In this document: piece after piece, positions 23,920-36,090 of the stretch | Position numbering within the stretch: the first letter of the stretch is position 1 | How the letters are laid out: every line of letters starts with the position of its first letter | Origin: Botryllus schlosseri | Lineage: Eukaryota | Assembly (NCBI GenBank): GCA_051294905.1 | Contig: CM119378.1 | Span: 1,240,001-1,304,000 of the forward strand | Direction of reading: 5' to 3' | Length of the DNA stretch: 64,000 nucleotides | Position numbers and translations under genes: made by a program | The notes under the pieces: model-generated | What the model saw: the letters and a program-made list of their open reading frames with translations, nothing else | Database searches by the model: none | Told to the model about the DNA's origin: nothing

Positions 23920-24985
23920 TTTCAATTCATTTTCAAGTTTTTCATAAAATTTAATCACTTCAAAACATCACAAGACTGCGATACAATGAATGATAGGAAG
24001 ATGCCGAAACGACATAGGAGTAGTCTTAAGATCAGACATCCACTTGGGCGTAGGCGATGTAAAGAGGAGGCGCGCACATTGAATGAAAGTAAAAGAAGAT
24101 AATATAAAGTAGCAAGCGACAAAATCAGGTGGCAAGTGACGGAAGGCGAGATCGATATATTGCCGAAAAGTTCATAATTTCAATACTCCACAAGACTGTG
24201 ATACAATGAAAGATATGAAGGTGTCGAAACGACTTGGAGTAGTCTTCGAAATCAGACACCCGGGACACCCAGCTGACCTAGGTGATGTAAAAAGGAAGCA
24301 TGCATTGCACAGTGCACACTGAATGAAAAGTAAAAGAAGATAATATGAAAGGACAGGTGACATGTGTCGGAAGGCAAGATCGATATGTCAGGTCGTGGTC
24401 CGGTAAACTTGAGGGCTCAATACACCACAACAAAAGGTGCGATACAATGAAAAGATAGGAAGGTGTCGAAGCGACTTGGAGTAGTCTTTGAAATCAGACA
24501 CCCACCTTGGCCTAGCACTAGGCGATCTAAAGAGGAGGCATGCACTGCACAGTGCACACTGAATGAAAAGTAAAAGAAGATCTAATATAGAAAAGCAAGC
24601 GACAAAATGAGGTGGCATGTTACGGAAGGCGAGATCGACAGGTCAGGTAGTGGTCCGGTGATCTTGAGGACGCACTAGTATTCATTTAGTAGAAATTGCT
24701 TTTCGATTTGAATGTGGACGGACATGGACGTCGACTGTCGGATAGCCGGCGGGACACTGTTCCACATGTCAGGTCCGGCATATTTGATAGAACGATTATA
24801 TTTTCGATCGAGCATATGATAATCGGACGCGCGTGTGTCGTACTTGTGCGCTTTTGACTCCGAAGTAAACGAGTCATTGAAATATTCGAGGCAATGACCG
24901 CAGTGGAACTGATACATAAACTTGGCGATTTCTAGTTTACGCATATCTTTTATGTTTAGGACACCAAATATCTTCATCAGCGACT
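23920..24985 (-). mobile_element. CR1/L2-clade LINE family B: ORF2 end plus three tandem 3' UTR copies
   Basis: LEIAKFMYQF...HKYDTR...SIKYAGPDMWNSVP (24977-24675) followed by three units of ~230-250 bp, each containing GGGTGTCTGAT...GACTACTCCAAGTCGTTTCGACACC. Confidence 0.85.
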
Positions 24986-25578
24986 TGTTGAATGGACATT
25001 ATACAACCAGGCCCCATTGGGGGCCTAGCTATGATACGGAATACGTTATGTTGTAGTTTTTGCAGTGGCTCGTGTGCAGTTTTATACTGGCAGCCCCCAA
25101 AAGAGGATGCCATATTGTCATTGTGTTACGGCACTCCGATTGTTCGGAACAATCGGCTTTTTCGAAGTTGTCCCATTGCCCTGACTAGATTTAGTTAATA
25201 TTTTTGTAATCAGTGCGACACTAGCTTTCGATTAAGACCAGTTATATTCAGTGTTGGGATGTCTCGAGTCATAACTTGACTTGAGTCACTTTTTCGTACG
25301 ACTTGACTTGACTCGAGTCACTTTGGAAAAATGACTTGACTTGACTCGGCGCTTCAAAAATGCGGATTGACGGATTTACGAGTCAATTTCAAGTCATCAA
25401 GTAAACGGTATCAATCAAATCATTGTATTTTGTGTATTTGTTCTTATTGTTCGCGATACGCCTGTGTCACTTGTGAGAGTAACCAGGCATTCACTGAATG
25501 TACGTTTGAATGATCCTCCATTATTCCATCATCACATATATATTGACCACAAACGAAATGATCACAGGTTACGTTATC

Positions 25579-25672
<94 letters not shown>
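25579..25672. repeat. (GTA)n microsatellite, about 31 perfect units
   Basis: Directly visible; produces the poly-Y/S/V spurious ORFs. Confidence 0.99.
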
Positions 25673-26074
25673 AAAAAGAAGAACAATACAATAGCAATTA
25701 TCGTATCTATGTTTCTTAGACGGCTCAGTGCTGACATTGCGCAATGATCACCTTTACCAACCCTCTTGTATGATTCAAATCCATATCAATTTGTTACAAC
25801 TTCTCGAGGCTTCGTATTCGATCCGATTGGCTGATATAATAACAGACTGTAGCATATCTATACACTACACAGTTAGTCGCGTGTTTTATTTGCGGTTCTA
25901 CGTGTGCGTGATAGACGCCTCCTTGTATCCATATTAAACTTTATATTAGTTATTTGATGCAAGATAAATGGCAAATTATTCTGTCTTTCACACAGCTAGC
26001 AAAATATATTGATTTGAATCGTCACTGATACTTCGAAAATTCAATTTGACTTGAATTGTGACTTGACTCGTGAC

Positions 26075-26589
26075 TAGGGCTGGGCACAATGATTCGAGTA
26101 CTCGAATCTGAATCGAGTATTAATTTTAATGATTCGAGTCGAGTAGTAAAAGACGATTTTTTCGAGTACTGAAATTGTACGCTCATCGCAACTGAAAGTT
26201 AATTTACTAACGAGAATTATCGTTTTGATACTATTTTCCACTGAGGAAGCTGTAAAACCTTGATTGACCGTGTCGCAGCATACTAGACATAGTACAAAGC
26301 TACAAACGTTACTGGAAAGAACACATTTCTCAAGTCATGATCATCCCACAACATTGCCAAGAAGTGCAATGCAATCGGTATGATCGAAAATATACCAAAG
26401 TATCTTTAATGTGACGGATAACAGGCATTGTGTTCTTTGTGGTGGCATAAAAAGTACATATTTGAACCCTGACCTAGTACATTCCGTTGTGACGTCATAA
26501 TTAGTGATACTCGAATACTCGACTCGACTCGAAGCTTTATACGTGATTCAGAATCGAATCACTCAAGTACTCGATTTTGCCCAGCCCTA
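26075..26589. mobile_element. hAT MITE (TAGGGCTGGGCA ends)
   Basis: Perfect TSD CTCGTGAC. Confidence 0.92.
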
Positions 26590-26756
26590 CTCGTGACTCG
26601 ACTTTACTTGACTCGAGTCACATCCAAAAAACGAGTGACTTGACTTGACTCGAGTCAAAATGTGCAATGACTCGTTACTCGAAGGTAGTGACTTGATCCC
26701 AACACTGGTTATATTACATTTGAGCGGTCGGATCGCCAGCTGCTTTTAGACGACCT

Positions 26757-27934
26757 CACTGGACCGACTTTTTTCCTCATTTATATTAACGACATTGTTA
26801 ATGCATCTTTGTTCCGCACAACCCTATTTGCTGATGATACTCACCTCTTCATAACCTCTAACACTGGCAATGATTTGCATGCATCCGTGAATAGGGAACT
26901 CCCAAAAGTGTCGAGATGGCTCCAAGCAAACAAACTAAGCTTGAATGCAGATAAGACCGAGATGCTCCTTTTAAATAATGCCAATCATAGTTTCACTGTG
27001 AACATCAATCATAAACAAATCTCCATATGTGACTCAGCAAAATATCTCGGTGTCACTATTGATGCTAAAATGTCCTGGAAGCAGCATATTGAATGCACAA
27101 TATCAAAACTAGCTCGGTGTGTGGGAATAATGACCCGTCTGCAATCTCTGGTTTCCAGATCAATACTACGAACCATATATTTTTCTCTTTTCCACTCTCA
27201 CCTGCAATATGGAATCGTAGTATGGGGAAGTGCATGCAAAATATTTCTGTGCAGAATTCGAACCCTGCAAAACCGTGCGATACGGCTGATCTCATCTGTA
27301 CCTTTACGTACCAATTTATCGCCTTACTACCGTAAGCATCGAATTTTGCGAGTTGATGAGCTATATCGCTTCGAAGTATCAAAAGTTGTTCACAAATATT
27401 TTTCCAATACTCTGCCTCCTGTGTTTGATGACTTTTTCATACCTGCTAAAAATGTCCATTCCCATTACACGAGATCCTCGTCAAATGGAAATATCTACTT
27501 ACCCCCACCCAATAGCAACCTAACTAAGAGATCTATCGACTACTCGGGACCTATCATTTGGAATGCATTACCACCACATATCCGTGAATTGCCTTATGAT
27601 AGATTCAAAAAAGCCCTACTTGATCACCTCTTATCGTTACACTAACACTGTTGCCCTACCTCGCCCAGACATTGCTTCATTGATCATTTGCTACCATCGT
27701 TTAATTTTTCTTCTATTTAATTTTTTTAACTACTGTAACTTTTTTTACAGCCAGACTGTTTAGAGTCAAGTGTACCTGTTTGATGCTGGTGTGATCAGAC
27801 TAGATGACCCTCACGGTCTTATCGATCATTCCTATCTAATACCGAATACTGTGCATGCATATTTTCTGTACCACCACCACTGCCGAGTGTTATGTATTTT
27901 GGTTTGATGAAAAATAAAGACTCTCTCTCTCTCT
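26757..27934 (+). mobile_element. 5'-truncated CR1/L2-clade LINE (family A): RT C-terminal half, 3' UTR, (CT)n tail
   Basis: Open frame LGPTFFLIYIND...LFADDT...NKLSLNADKT...KYLGVTID...YGIVVWG...GPIIWNALP to stop 27645. Stem-loop at 27788-27832, then AATAAA and (CT)n. Confidence 0.92.
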
Positions 27935-27944
27935 CACTGCCTAT

Positions 27945-29940
27945 CAGGGCTGTGGAGTCGGTAAATTTTACCACCGACTCCGGCTCCAACTCCACACATT
28001 TTCAATATACCGACTCCGACTCCTGAGTCTTTAAACGTACCGACTCCGACTCCAGGGTCTTTAAACGTACCGACTCCGACTCCAGCATTATTACCAATTT
28101 ACTTCGAAAATTATATGCCACATAGTCGGTTCATTGACTATCATACAACCATTAAACATATGCAAACATATGATTGACGGTGGCATGCTAAATTGTTTCA
28201 TTTTGGCACAGCTCGGATTATCCACTATGCAATTAACATGAAAGAAAGATTTGCTATATAAATATCCTTCCTTTTTCAAGATTTTATAACATGGACTCTC
28301 TAATATCCTGAAATGTATGAATCATTCAAATATGGCAGATATCCAATCATGTATCGTAAAAATGTAGATAAAAAATCCAAATGTAGCTTTTGTGTATTAG
28401 TCAGCAACTAAAAAACAGATTGAACTTACTAATTTTGTCATTGCACACTATCCTGATTACAAGCACAAACACTCTTACTACCAATAGACATTGGTCATAA
28501 ATGGAATTTAGTTAAGTAGTCAAAGACCATAGCCTATGTCTAGTCTACATGTAGCCTACTTATAATCAAGTATTCAAGGATTGGGACTTGCAGTCTTTCT
28601 TAATCAATTGTTCGACCCAATTATCTAATCTACACTACAAATATTTTTAATTTTGTCAAGTGGGAAGCATCGTTTGGTCATATTTACATCATTTTCATAA
28701 TTTTACGAAACCAGCCGATGCATTTGCTCTGTTACAGTATCATGGTATAATTCCAAAAATTGCATCAATTTTGACTGCATCGCGAAAACGCATATTGCAA
28801 TTTTCTTCCCCTGTGCAACTGAGTTGTAATTTGCAAGTAATGTCTAATTCATCTATATAAGGGGTGGGCAACTTTTTTGGCCATTTGGCCTTTGAAGGGA
28901 CACATGAGATTTACGAACCATTGCGCGGGCAACTGGAATGTTGAGAACCTTTTTTTAGTCGTCCGATAGGAGCGAACCGCATTAGGTAACATTGCAAACA
29001 AGACTTATATTAATATGCTCCAAAATTGATAACAATATGTCATGCAACTGTGCAGTGCGCAATCAGGCCCTGGTCGCGCGAAGCGCAAGATATTGACTGA
29101 ATTATATCAATAAATATGTTGCTAACATACATTGGGGGTTGCATTTGTATACCACTGGGCTCATTTGGCAAGGACAGGATTATTCGACGTTTAGACATAG
29201 CAAAATCGACGGTATCAGTGAACATGCCTCTATCATTTTGTGCAAATGTTTTGTCGACGATCTCGCTGCGAGTGCACAAGCGAAGCTGCATGTTGGACGA
29301 CACGTTATCTCCTAATTGCGAATATAGTTAGACTCAATTCTGTGAATAATATGTACGGTATTTATAATTTTCAGAAGGGGGCTCAAATACTGAATGCAAG
29401 AAATCTAGTGACATGCGAAGTACCCAGAAAAATTTCATGTCAAATAAATCTGCTATAAAATATTCTACTTTATGGTCATATAAGAAGATCTGGGATAAAT
29501 GTGGCTGTGGCTGGCCCCTGGATACGCCAATGCGTCAGAACTGTTTTTCTAGTCATCATCAAATTTCGCGGTCATGCTAATCAAATTTTGGTTTGCCTTG
29601 CAATTGTACCTGATGTCATAAATAATTTCGAGAATTACCACGCAGGCCACACCTAACCTTCTCGTGTGCCAAATTTGGCCTGCGTACGTGCCACAGGCTG
29701 GCCGCACCTGATCTGTATGGTTATTAATAACAGTGATTGGTGGTACATAAAAATTCTATTGAAAATTCTTTGAAAGCAAATGTTTTCAGGATCGAGAAGT
29801 TGGAGTCGCAGTCAGGGTCATTCTCACAAACTCCGACTCCAGTCAGTATTTTCCCCACGACTCCGACTCCAGCTATTATAGTTTTCACGAGTCCGAGTCC
29901 ATCAAGCGAAAATTACCCAGACTCCGACTCCACAGCCTTG
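27945..29940. mobile_element. hAT MITE (CCGACT arrays) with nested element at 28859-29710
   Basis: TIR CAGGGCTGTGGAGTCGG with perfect TSD CTGCCTAT. Inner element has TSD ATCTATAT/ATCTGTAT. Confidence 0.9.
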
Positions 29941-32449
29941 CTGCCTATTCAAGTGTCACGTCTGAGTTGCGCATCTACCCCCAAGTTGGCACAGTAATCT
30001 ATCTTTAGTCGCACAGACACATGTCCTCAATATAACTCAAACTTCGTTCTCGTACTAAGTTCGGCCTCTTGAGTAATTAAGGTTCATGTCGTTAATTATT
30101 TCATTTCACCTACTTGTCTATATTCACCATTTTCGTTCCAAGTTAATCTATACTTTCTTCCCGTTTTTATAAAATTTATAGGTTACTTGTTTCATCATTA
30201 TTACATTATAACAGTTAAACGGTGACCACATCAATTCTTGGCTTTGATAGCTCGTGTTATATCGGGCCACCCTGTCTGCCAACGATTTCTAAACTACTTT
30301 TGTCGCTGCCATTTCGTTTTGACGTCTTCTTGAACTTGAAGTAATATGGTGTACACTGTACAAGTACATAGACTACCACCGTGTGTGCACCGCAGATACT
30401 CCTCACACCAGTATCATAGCAATTTACAACATAGCTATGCCAGTATTTTCAAGTAGCCTATAACTAGCCTTGAAAAGATATATTTAAAAATGGTGGATTG
30501 ATTCGATTTCGCCCATCCCTAATTTCAATTGCCAATAGATTGTTCCGAACATTGCTTCGGTCTTGTGCAAGAACAATATTCCAGTCGCCTTGCAATGACA
30601 ACTATTTCCTCACAGTATCAGAAGACATCGACATGCATGAGAACAAAGCACCATGTAACTACTAGATCAGTAAATAAAGTGCACTGAGCAGTTTATAATT
30701 CTGACATATTTATTGTTATCATCCCTCAATATCATCATAAGAAATCAATTGAGCCAATCTGCCGTTATAAAATACAGTTCATACAGTAGTATCACAGTTC
30801 CAACTCTATTCAGTACCAAGTGGATTCCTGCTGCACTCGACAATTTAGTGGTACCATCTTAAAAAGGAGAAAACAGCAACGTAAGACAGAAATACATGAA
30901 AGACGGGAACATATGAATTAAGCGGCGACAGCTATCAGCGTTTACATCAGCAAAGGAAACTAAGTCTTCAATGTGGTAGCAAGATGCATAATTACGCATT
31001 GGTTCACAAAATATCCGCACAAACACGACTATTGGTCAGATCAGAACATTCGTGAAATTAAGCTCGAATCAAGGTTTGCATAACTGCGCATTTGATTTTG
31101 GTACTGCTTGCTAAACAGTTGTTTTATCGAGGGATCAAAATGAAAGCAGAGGTTTCAATACATGTGTAAACCAGTAAACTTGAGCTTTGCAATAACACCT
31201 GAAATTTATTGTTGTCCATATTCATTAGCACCTGGTAGTAATGGTAATCAAACGTGGGTCAAAGTTCCAGTATCAATATGAAAGCACCATGCGACATCAA
31301 ACAGGTACAATAAAATAAACAGGTAAATTCGTGGTAAGATAATGAAAATTCTCCAGCAGATCACTCTGTATATGAATAATTCAAATGCTATAACTATCTG
31401 AATGGATCTTCAAGGACACATTCTGCTGTCACTTGAATGAATAGCATTTCATATAAACATACAATATGATAAGATCAATTTGTCGCCTGACCTTGCAGAG
31501 TACAAACACTACAGTGCTACCTCAAGGGTCAGTGTACAAAGGTAGCAGAGAGAGAATCATCAACGCATCAAGCTCATTTCACTGTAGCTTGTAGAAGAGC
31601 TACAAATCAGACCTCCGAAGTGTTATAAGCAAGTAAACACGACACCGATACAGAGAAACACATGACACTTGAAAAATAATCTGAGAGTAATCGTATAATA
31701 ATAGCAATGATGTCATCACAAGTTCTAATGGAACTGAAAAATGAAAACAATATATATATATATGGGACACACTTTTGATATCGCGACGATGAGAGTCACC
31801 CCAAGCGCGGACATCACATTTGACATGGTTGACATAATCACCAAGTCCTACGGGACATGTAAATATGCTACGACCAGGTCAGGCTTTGTGACAGCAGCTC
31901 TATAGCCTGCGGAATTTTGAATTCCGCATTGCCTCAATCGCAAGACAACATCAACGCATACGGTAACAAGTTATTTCAAGAAAGACTCAAAATGCTGAGC
32001 GGGGAGTGTAATATCGAAGCACCGATCGGTATGAAATGGAATGAATGTCAGTTACACCGGATCTGATTATTAAACGTACCAAATTATCATAAAAAAGATC
32101 GCACAATGAAGTTCGCTTGCTCTGTGGTTGCACTTTCGATCGTGATTTCATAAAACGATAGTTTACGCTGGAGCCCGACCGAACATCGAATCCTATCAAA
32201 CTTTGAAAAAAATATCTGTATCGGTACAGGTGAAAAAGTAACGGCAATTATTGTGACATCACAGCATGGTAGTAGGGACAGAACCATACTCTACGACTGC
32301 TAGACTCGGAATATTGATCCATTTCATATAGCCTAACAGTTGTCCAGATGTATCCTTCCTACTTTATTTCATGTCCAAGCGTAGCAACGTATGTAAAGTT
32401 CTTCAAACCAATACTCTGAAGTTTTGGAAATGTGCCTTAAGCCAGGGCC

Positions 32450-32751
32450 TAGGGTTACCATATTTTGAGAATTGGAAAAGAGGACACTTTTTAGATTTAT
32501 ATTGTCGGACGACAAGACAGGTGATTTGAAAATCTTCATGGGAATTCTGTGGTGTTGACAAAAAAGGCGATTAACCCGCTCAAAGGTTCAGATTCCAGAT
32601 TTCGCAACATTTATGGCGTTTAGTTGTGCCTGTACAATCGCCTGGCTGTCCAAGCTATAAAATAGGATGAGTTGATAAAAAGTAGGACATTTTGGCGTCA
32701 TGGGAGGACATTTTCGATTTCCTGAAAAAGGACGTATGGTTGGTAACCCTA
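32450..32751. mobile_element. hAT MITE, TAGGGTTACCA family
   Basis: Both TIRs present, with AGGACA motifs. Confidence 0.8.
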
Positions 32752-32879
32752 CTTAAGCTAGACACCAAATCTTCTGAATATCTCCCGAATATATCAGTGG
32801 GTTATCAATGAAGGTACTAGATATCGGTTCAAAAATCCGATATCGATCGAGCTCTAGTTTACACCGTTTGTCGTATACC

Positions 32880-35600
32880 TCACGAGCTCTGACCCATCGC
32901 TTTGTTGGAGCGCCGAGTCAGATGCTGTATAACGTGAGGCGGCAGAAGCGAGTTAGCCCCCGCGTCCATTTTCTTGCTCTGCGACAAAACGTTCATCCTC
33001 AAACGGCCCGTGCTTTCGGCCTCGCGTTGTCTCTCCGCTTCTTCCACGAGCCAATGCATGCCGCCTCTACCGCGATTCGCGCTGTAAGGACGAGGAAACG
33101 GATTCTGCCCGCGTTGTTGCTGCTGCTGTTGCTGTAGAGCGCGTCTCTCTTCGCTTTGCTTTTGCGATCTGGCTTGAATGCGTCTCAATTCCTCCGCCAC
33201 GCGTTGATCTTCCAGTATCGCCTCCTCCTGCAGCTTTTTACGTTCCATCTCCCTCTGCGCTTCCTCCCTTTCCAATCTTTTCTGCTCCTCCATCCATTTT
33301 CTGCGAAGCTCGTTCTTTTCCACCTGTTTTTGCTCGAAATCGCGGGCGTTTTTCGCGATCAAAACATCCTCCCCGACTTCAGCAATATCCTTATTTTCGC
33401 CGACATTGCGATCGGAAACCACCCGTATTCTACGAACCTCGTTCTGGCGCATCTCTTGCTCAAAATCGAGAGCGTTTTTCGCCTTTAAAACATCCTCCTC
33501 AAGCTCATCAATTTCATCGTTTTCTGCGACGTTCCGATTGGAAAAAACTCCAGACACTGAATTCTGCCCGTATCTCGGAGACTGTCCGGTAGCGTCCAAC
33601 TCTTCCCAGGAAGGGGGCGGCGGGAATTCTTCGTCATTGTTGTTATTATTGTCTCTAAACGCAGGAACTTGCTTTCGGGCTGCACTAGGAGACGACGTGG
33701 CGGAACTGGGCCGGTCAGAGCGCACTTGCACAAACCCACCCGGCGTCATCACGACTTTAGTGCCCGACAGCCCGAGAGAACTCGTCTTTTTCGCTTTCCC
33801 GTACCTTCGAATATTCAACGATAAATGCCCGGTGATCACACTCGATACAATCAACTGTACGATATCATCTTGCGTCTTACAATCCGCTAACGGAACATCG
33901 TTAATCGCAAGGATTTCGTCACTGACGCATAACTGACAGATATCGGCGGCACCCCCCGCACTGACTGTGTCTACAATGACAGGTTTGCCATCATCGCCGC
34001 CGCGGACAGTGAATCCGAACCCCTTTTCACTTCTCGGTCTTTGGTTGATGCATATCTTCATGTCGTCAAATAGCGCGCCAGATACGTTTGGTTGCGCTTG
34101 TTGCTTGCTCACACGTGGCGATACCATCGTCAGCCCGCTTGCCGACAGTTTAGCGGTCGGGTACACGACTGGTTTCTGCTGACTTGTGACTTGAAGAGGC
34201 TTTTGCGTGGTGCGCGGGACTGCAGGCTTTGGACCCGAGGTTTCTCGACTCAAATTCTGCGGGGCTACAACTTTTTTGGGCTGTTGCGGTTTCAAAACGG
34301 TCCCGTGGCTCGAATTCTGCGGGGCTACTATTTTTTTGGGCTGTTGCGGTTTCGGAGCTGAGTCTTCGACGGAAATTTGCTTTCGGACAGGCCGTGTTTC
34401 TGTACTGGAACCCAAGCTTTCCCACATATTCTTACGGTTTGCAAAGTTGGTCTTTCTGTATTTCTTAAAATCCGTTTCGCCTGGTACAAAAGGTTTCGGA
34501 CTCGGGTTGTACTGGTAGTTGCGCGGCAGCGTGCTGCTACCTTGGTATAACTCATGCGCCGATTTCGGACGTTCCTTCATCGTTGGTCGGCCTTTGGAAC
34601 GAAGCAAGACTTTCGGTACGTTGGAGCTTTGCTCCGCAGGTTGATTTAACCCGTTATGCTTTTCAAAGTTGCCTCGATTGCCTTGATAATCATTCTGTGC
34701 TTGAGAACCAGACACTGGTACTGTGACGGTCATTCTTTGCTGCGGCAGATTCTTCACCGGGGTCGTAGGCTCGCCGATTTGCGCAGTTACCTTTGTGGTG
34801 TATTTATACTCGACTTTGCTGTCGATCGTATCGGATTTTCTCGGAGAATTTAACGTTGCGTCCACTTTTCTTGGAGGATTTACTGTTGTATCGACTTTTC
34901 TTGTAGAATTCGACATCGTGTCCACTTTTCTCTGAGAATGTAACGAATTCTGCGTTTTTAACGGAGCCGAGAACGCTTCGTCGTCTGCAGAAGATTGCGA
35001 AGATTGCTCGGAATCGGCGTTCTCAAAAGATTTCTTTTCTATTATTCGAACCGGCTTGTCTGCTTCTGAAGATCTCGGGCTCACAAACTCATATTCGTCT
35101 TGATCGTTCAAATTCGCCAATTCCCTGTCGCGTCTCCGTTTATCCTCCACTATCTCTTTGTACGTTTTCGTTCTACGTCGCAAAGCTTTCTCTTCGGCCT
35201 CGCGTTCCAAATGGTCGCGTTCCTCCTTCCTACGTCTTGCTTCCTCCGTCACGCTACGCCTTCTGTTCTTCCAGCCTGCTAATTTCGATTTCCACGAGTC
35301 TTCATCTTCTTTCAGCATACTCTTCAGTTTCTCCATTTCTTCATACCTGTAATTGATTTGCGCCCTTTGATTTTCTTCCTCTTTCTTTTCCGCGTTCAAA
35401 TCACTTAAACTTTTCGACCTCATGTGCGTTTGAAGGGCGGCCGCCGGGTTTCCGATCGGCGTGATGAATTTTTTGTAGCTTTCCTCGTATTTCTTTTTGC
35501 GTAACGGAGCCGGAATGTGGTTTGATACTCTGCGGCTGGCCATGTCGTCTTTTTCTCTCTCCACGGCTCTGCCGTCGTGTTCGTCGATCGAGTAACTCAT
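32880..35600 (-). CDS. LMO7: LMO7/LIMCH1 (Smallish)-family PDZ scaffold in one 2.7-kb exon; no CH or LIM domain visible
   Basis: 906-aa ORF with KDDMASRR, PAPLRKKK, RSKSLSDL, LKEDEDSWKSKLAGWKNRRRS (DUF4757-type region), a PDZ domain (KGFGFTVRGG) and HWLVEEAERQR. Possible upstream coding exon at 37378-37333 spliced to 35617. Confidence 0.82.
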   Translation of the reverse strand: MSYSIDEHDGRAVEREKDDMASRRVSNHIPAPLRKKKYEESYKKFITPIGNPAAALQTHMRSKSLSDLNAEKKEEENQRAQINYRYEEMEKLKSMLKEDEDSWKSKLAGWKNRRRSVTEEARRRKEERDHLEREAEEKALRRRTKTYKEIVEDKRRRDRELANLNDQDEYEFVSPRSSEADKPVRIIEKKSFENADSEQSSQSSADDEAFSAPLKTQNSLHSQRKVDTMSNSTRKVDTTVNPPRKVDATLNSPRKSDTIDSKVEYKYTTKVTAQIGEPTTPVKNLPQQRMTVTVPVSGSQAQNDYQGNRGNFEKHNGLNQPAEQSSNVPKVLLRSKGRPTMKERPKSAHELYQGSSTLPRNYQYNPSPKPFVPGETDFKKYRKTNFANRKNMWESLGSSTETRPVRKQISVEDSAPKPQQPKKIVAPQNSSHGTVLKPQQPKKVVAPQNLSRETSGPKPAVPRTTQKPLQVTSQQKPVVYPTAKLSASGLTMVSPRVSKQQAQPNVSGALFDDMKICINQRPRSEKGFGFTVRGGDDGKPVIVDTVSAGGAADICQLCVSDEILAINDVPLADCKTQDDIVQLIVSSVITGHLSLNIRRYGKAKKTSSLGLSGTKVVMTPGGFVQVRSDRPSSATSSPSAARKQVPAFRDNNNNNDEEFPPPPSWEELDATGQSPRYGQNSVSGVFSNRNVAENDEIDELEEDVLKAKNALDFEQEMRQNEVRRIRVVSDRNVGENKDIAEVGEDVLIAKNARDFEQKQVEKNELRRKWMEEQKRLEREEAQREMERKKLQEEAILEDQRVAEELRRIQARSQKQSEERRALQQQQQQQRGQNPFPRPYSANRGRGGMHWLVEEAERQREAESTGRLRMNVLSQSKKMDAGANSLLPPHVIQHLTRRSNKAMGQSS

Positions 35601-35719
35601 TTTTCGACACAGACAGACTATGCCATATCATAAATTAATAAGGTTTAGATATCTGAGTGGAAAAGCAATCGAAAATCATTTGCTGTGTAAGGTAGATAAC
35701 ATAATTCATGCAGACTTGA

Positions 35720-36090
35720 AAATATAATAGCAAAGAACAGGCAATCTCCAGCAATTTAGCCATTGGCGTGCGTAAAATCATCGAGACTACAGATTTTGCA
35801 TTGTCAGAGTTTATTCTTTCATTTATGTGGCTCAGAGTTGACTTTTATCAAAATCCACCAACCCAGTATAGGCTAAAAGAATGAGTTCATGTATAATCTA
35901 AATATACTACATTGATCCATCTGTTGACCTCGATTATTAGAATTTTCATGCCTGCGACATCATATTTGGTAATAGGACTGTTGGTATTCGATGTTAGTAG
36001 CTGACGATTACCCCTGACGAGTGTCACCCAAAAATATCCTGGCTGAATTCGATATGAATATATTATTCAATTGTATATTGAAGTCCTGTA
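35720..36090 (+). mobile_element. PLE 3' fragment (decayed GIY-YIG tail + pLTR)
   Basis: FHLCGSELTFIKIHQPS...EFMYNLNILH* followed by the same pLTR (GCTGACGATTACCCCTGACGAGTGTC). Confidence 0.75.

Larger units (their letters stand above)
25249..26707. mobile_element. hAT MITE (GACTT arrays) containing a microsatellite and a nested MITE
   Basis: TIR CAGTGTTGGGAT with perfect TSD GTTATATT. Confidence 0.9.

Noticed and set aside
25444..25737. Poly-Tyr/Ser/Val ORFs
   Set aside because: Translations of the (GTA)n microsatellite.
32808..35352. Plus-strand ORFs over the LMO7-like gene (likewise over IFT27, LRRC73 and UBE2Q)
   Set aside because: Antisense shadows of real coding sequence.
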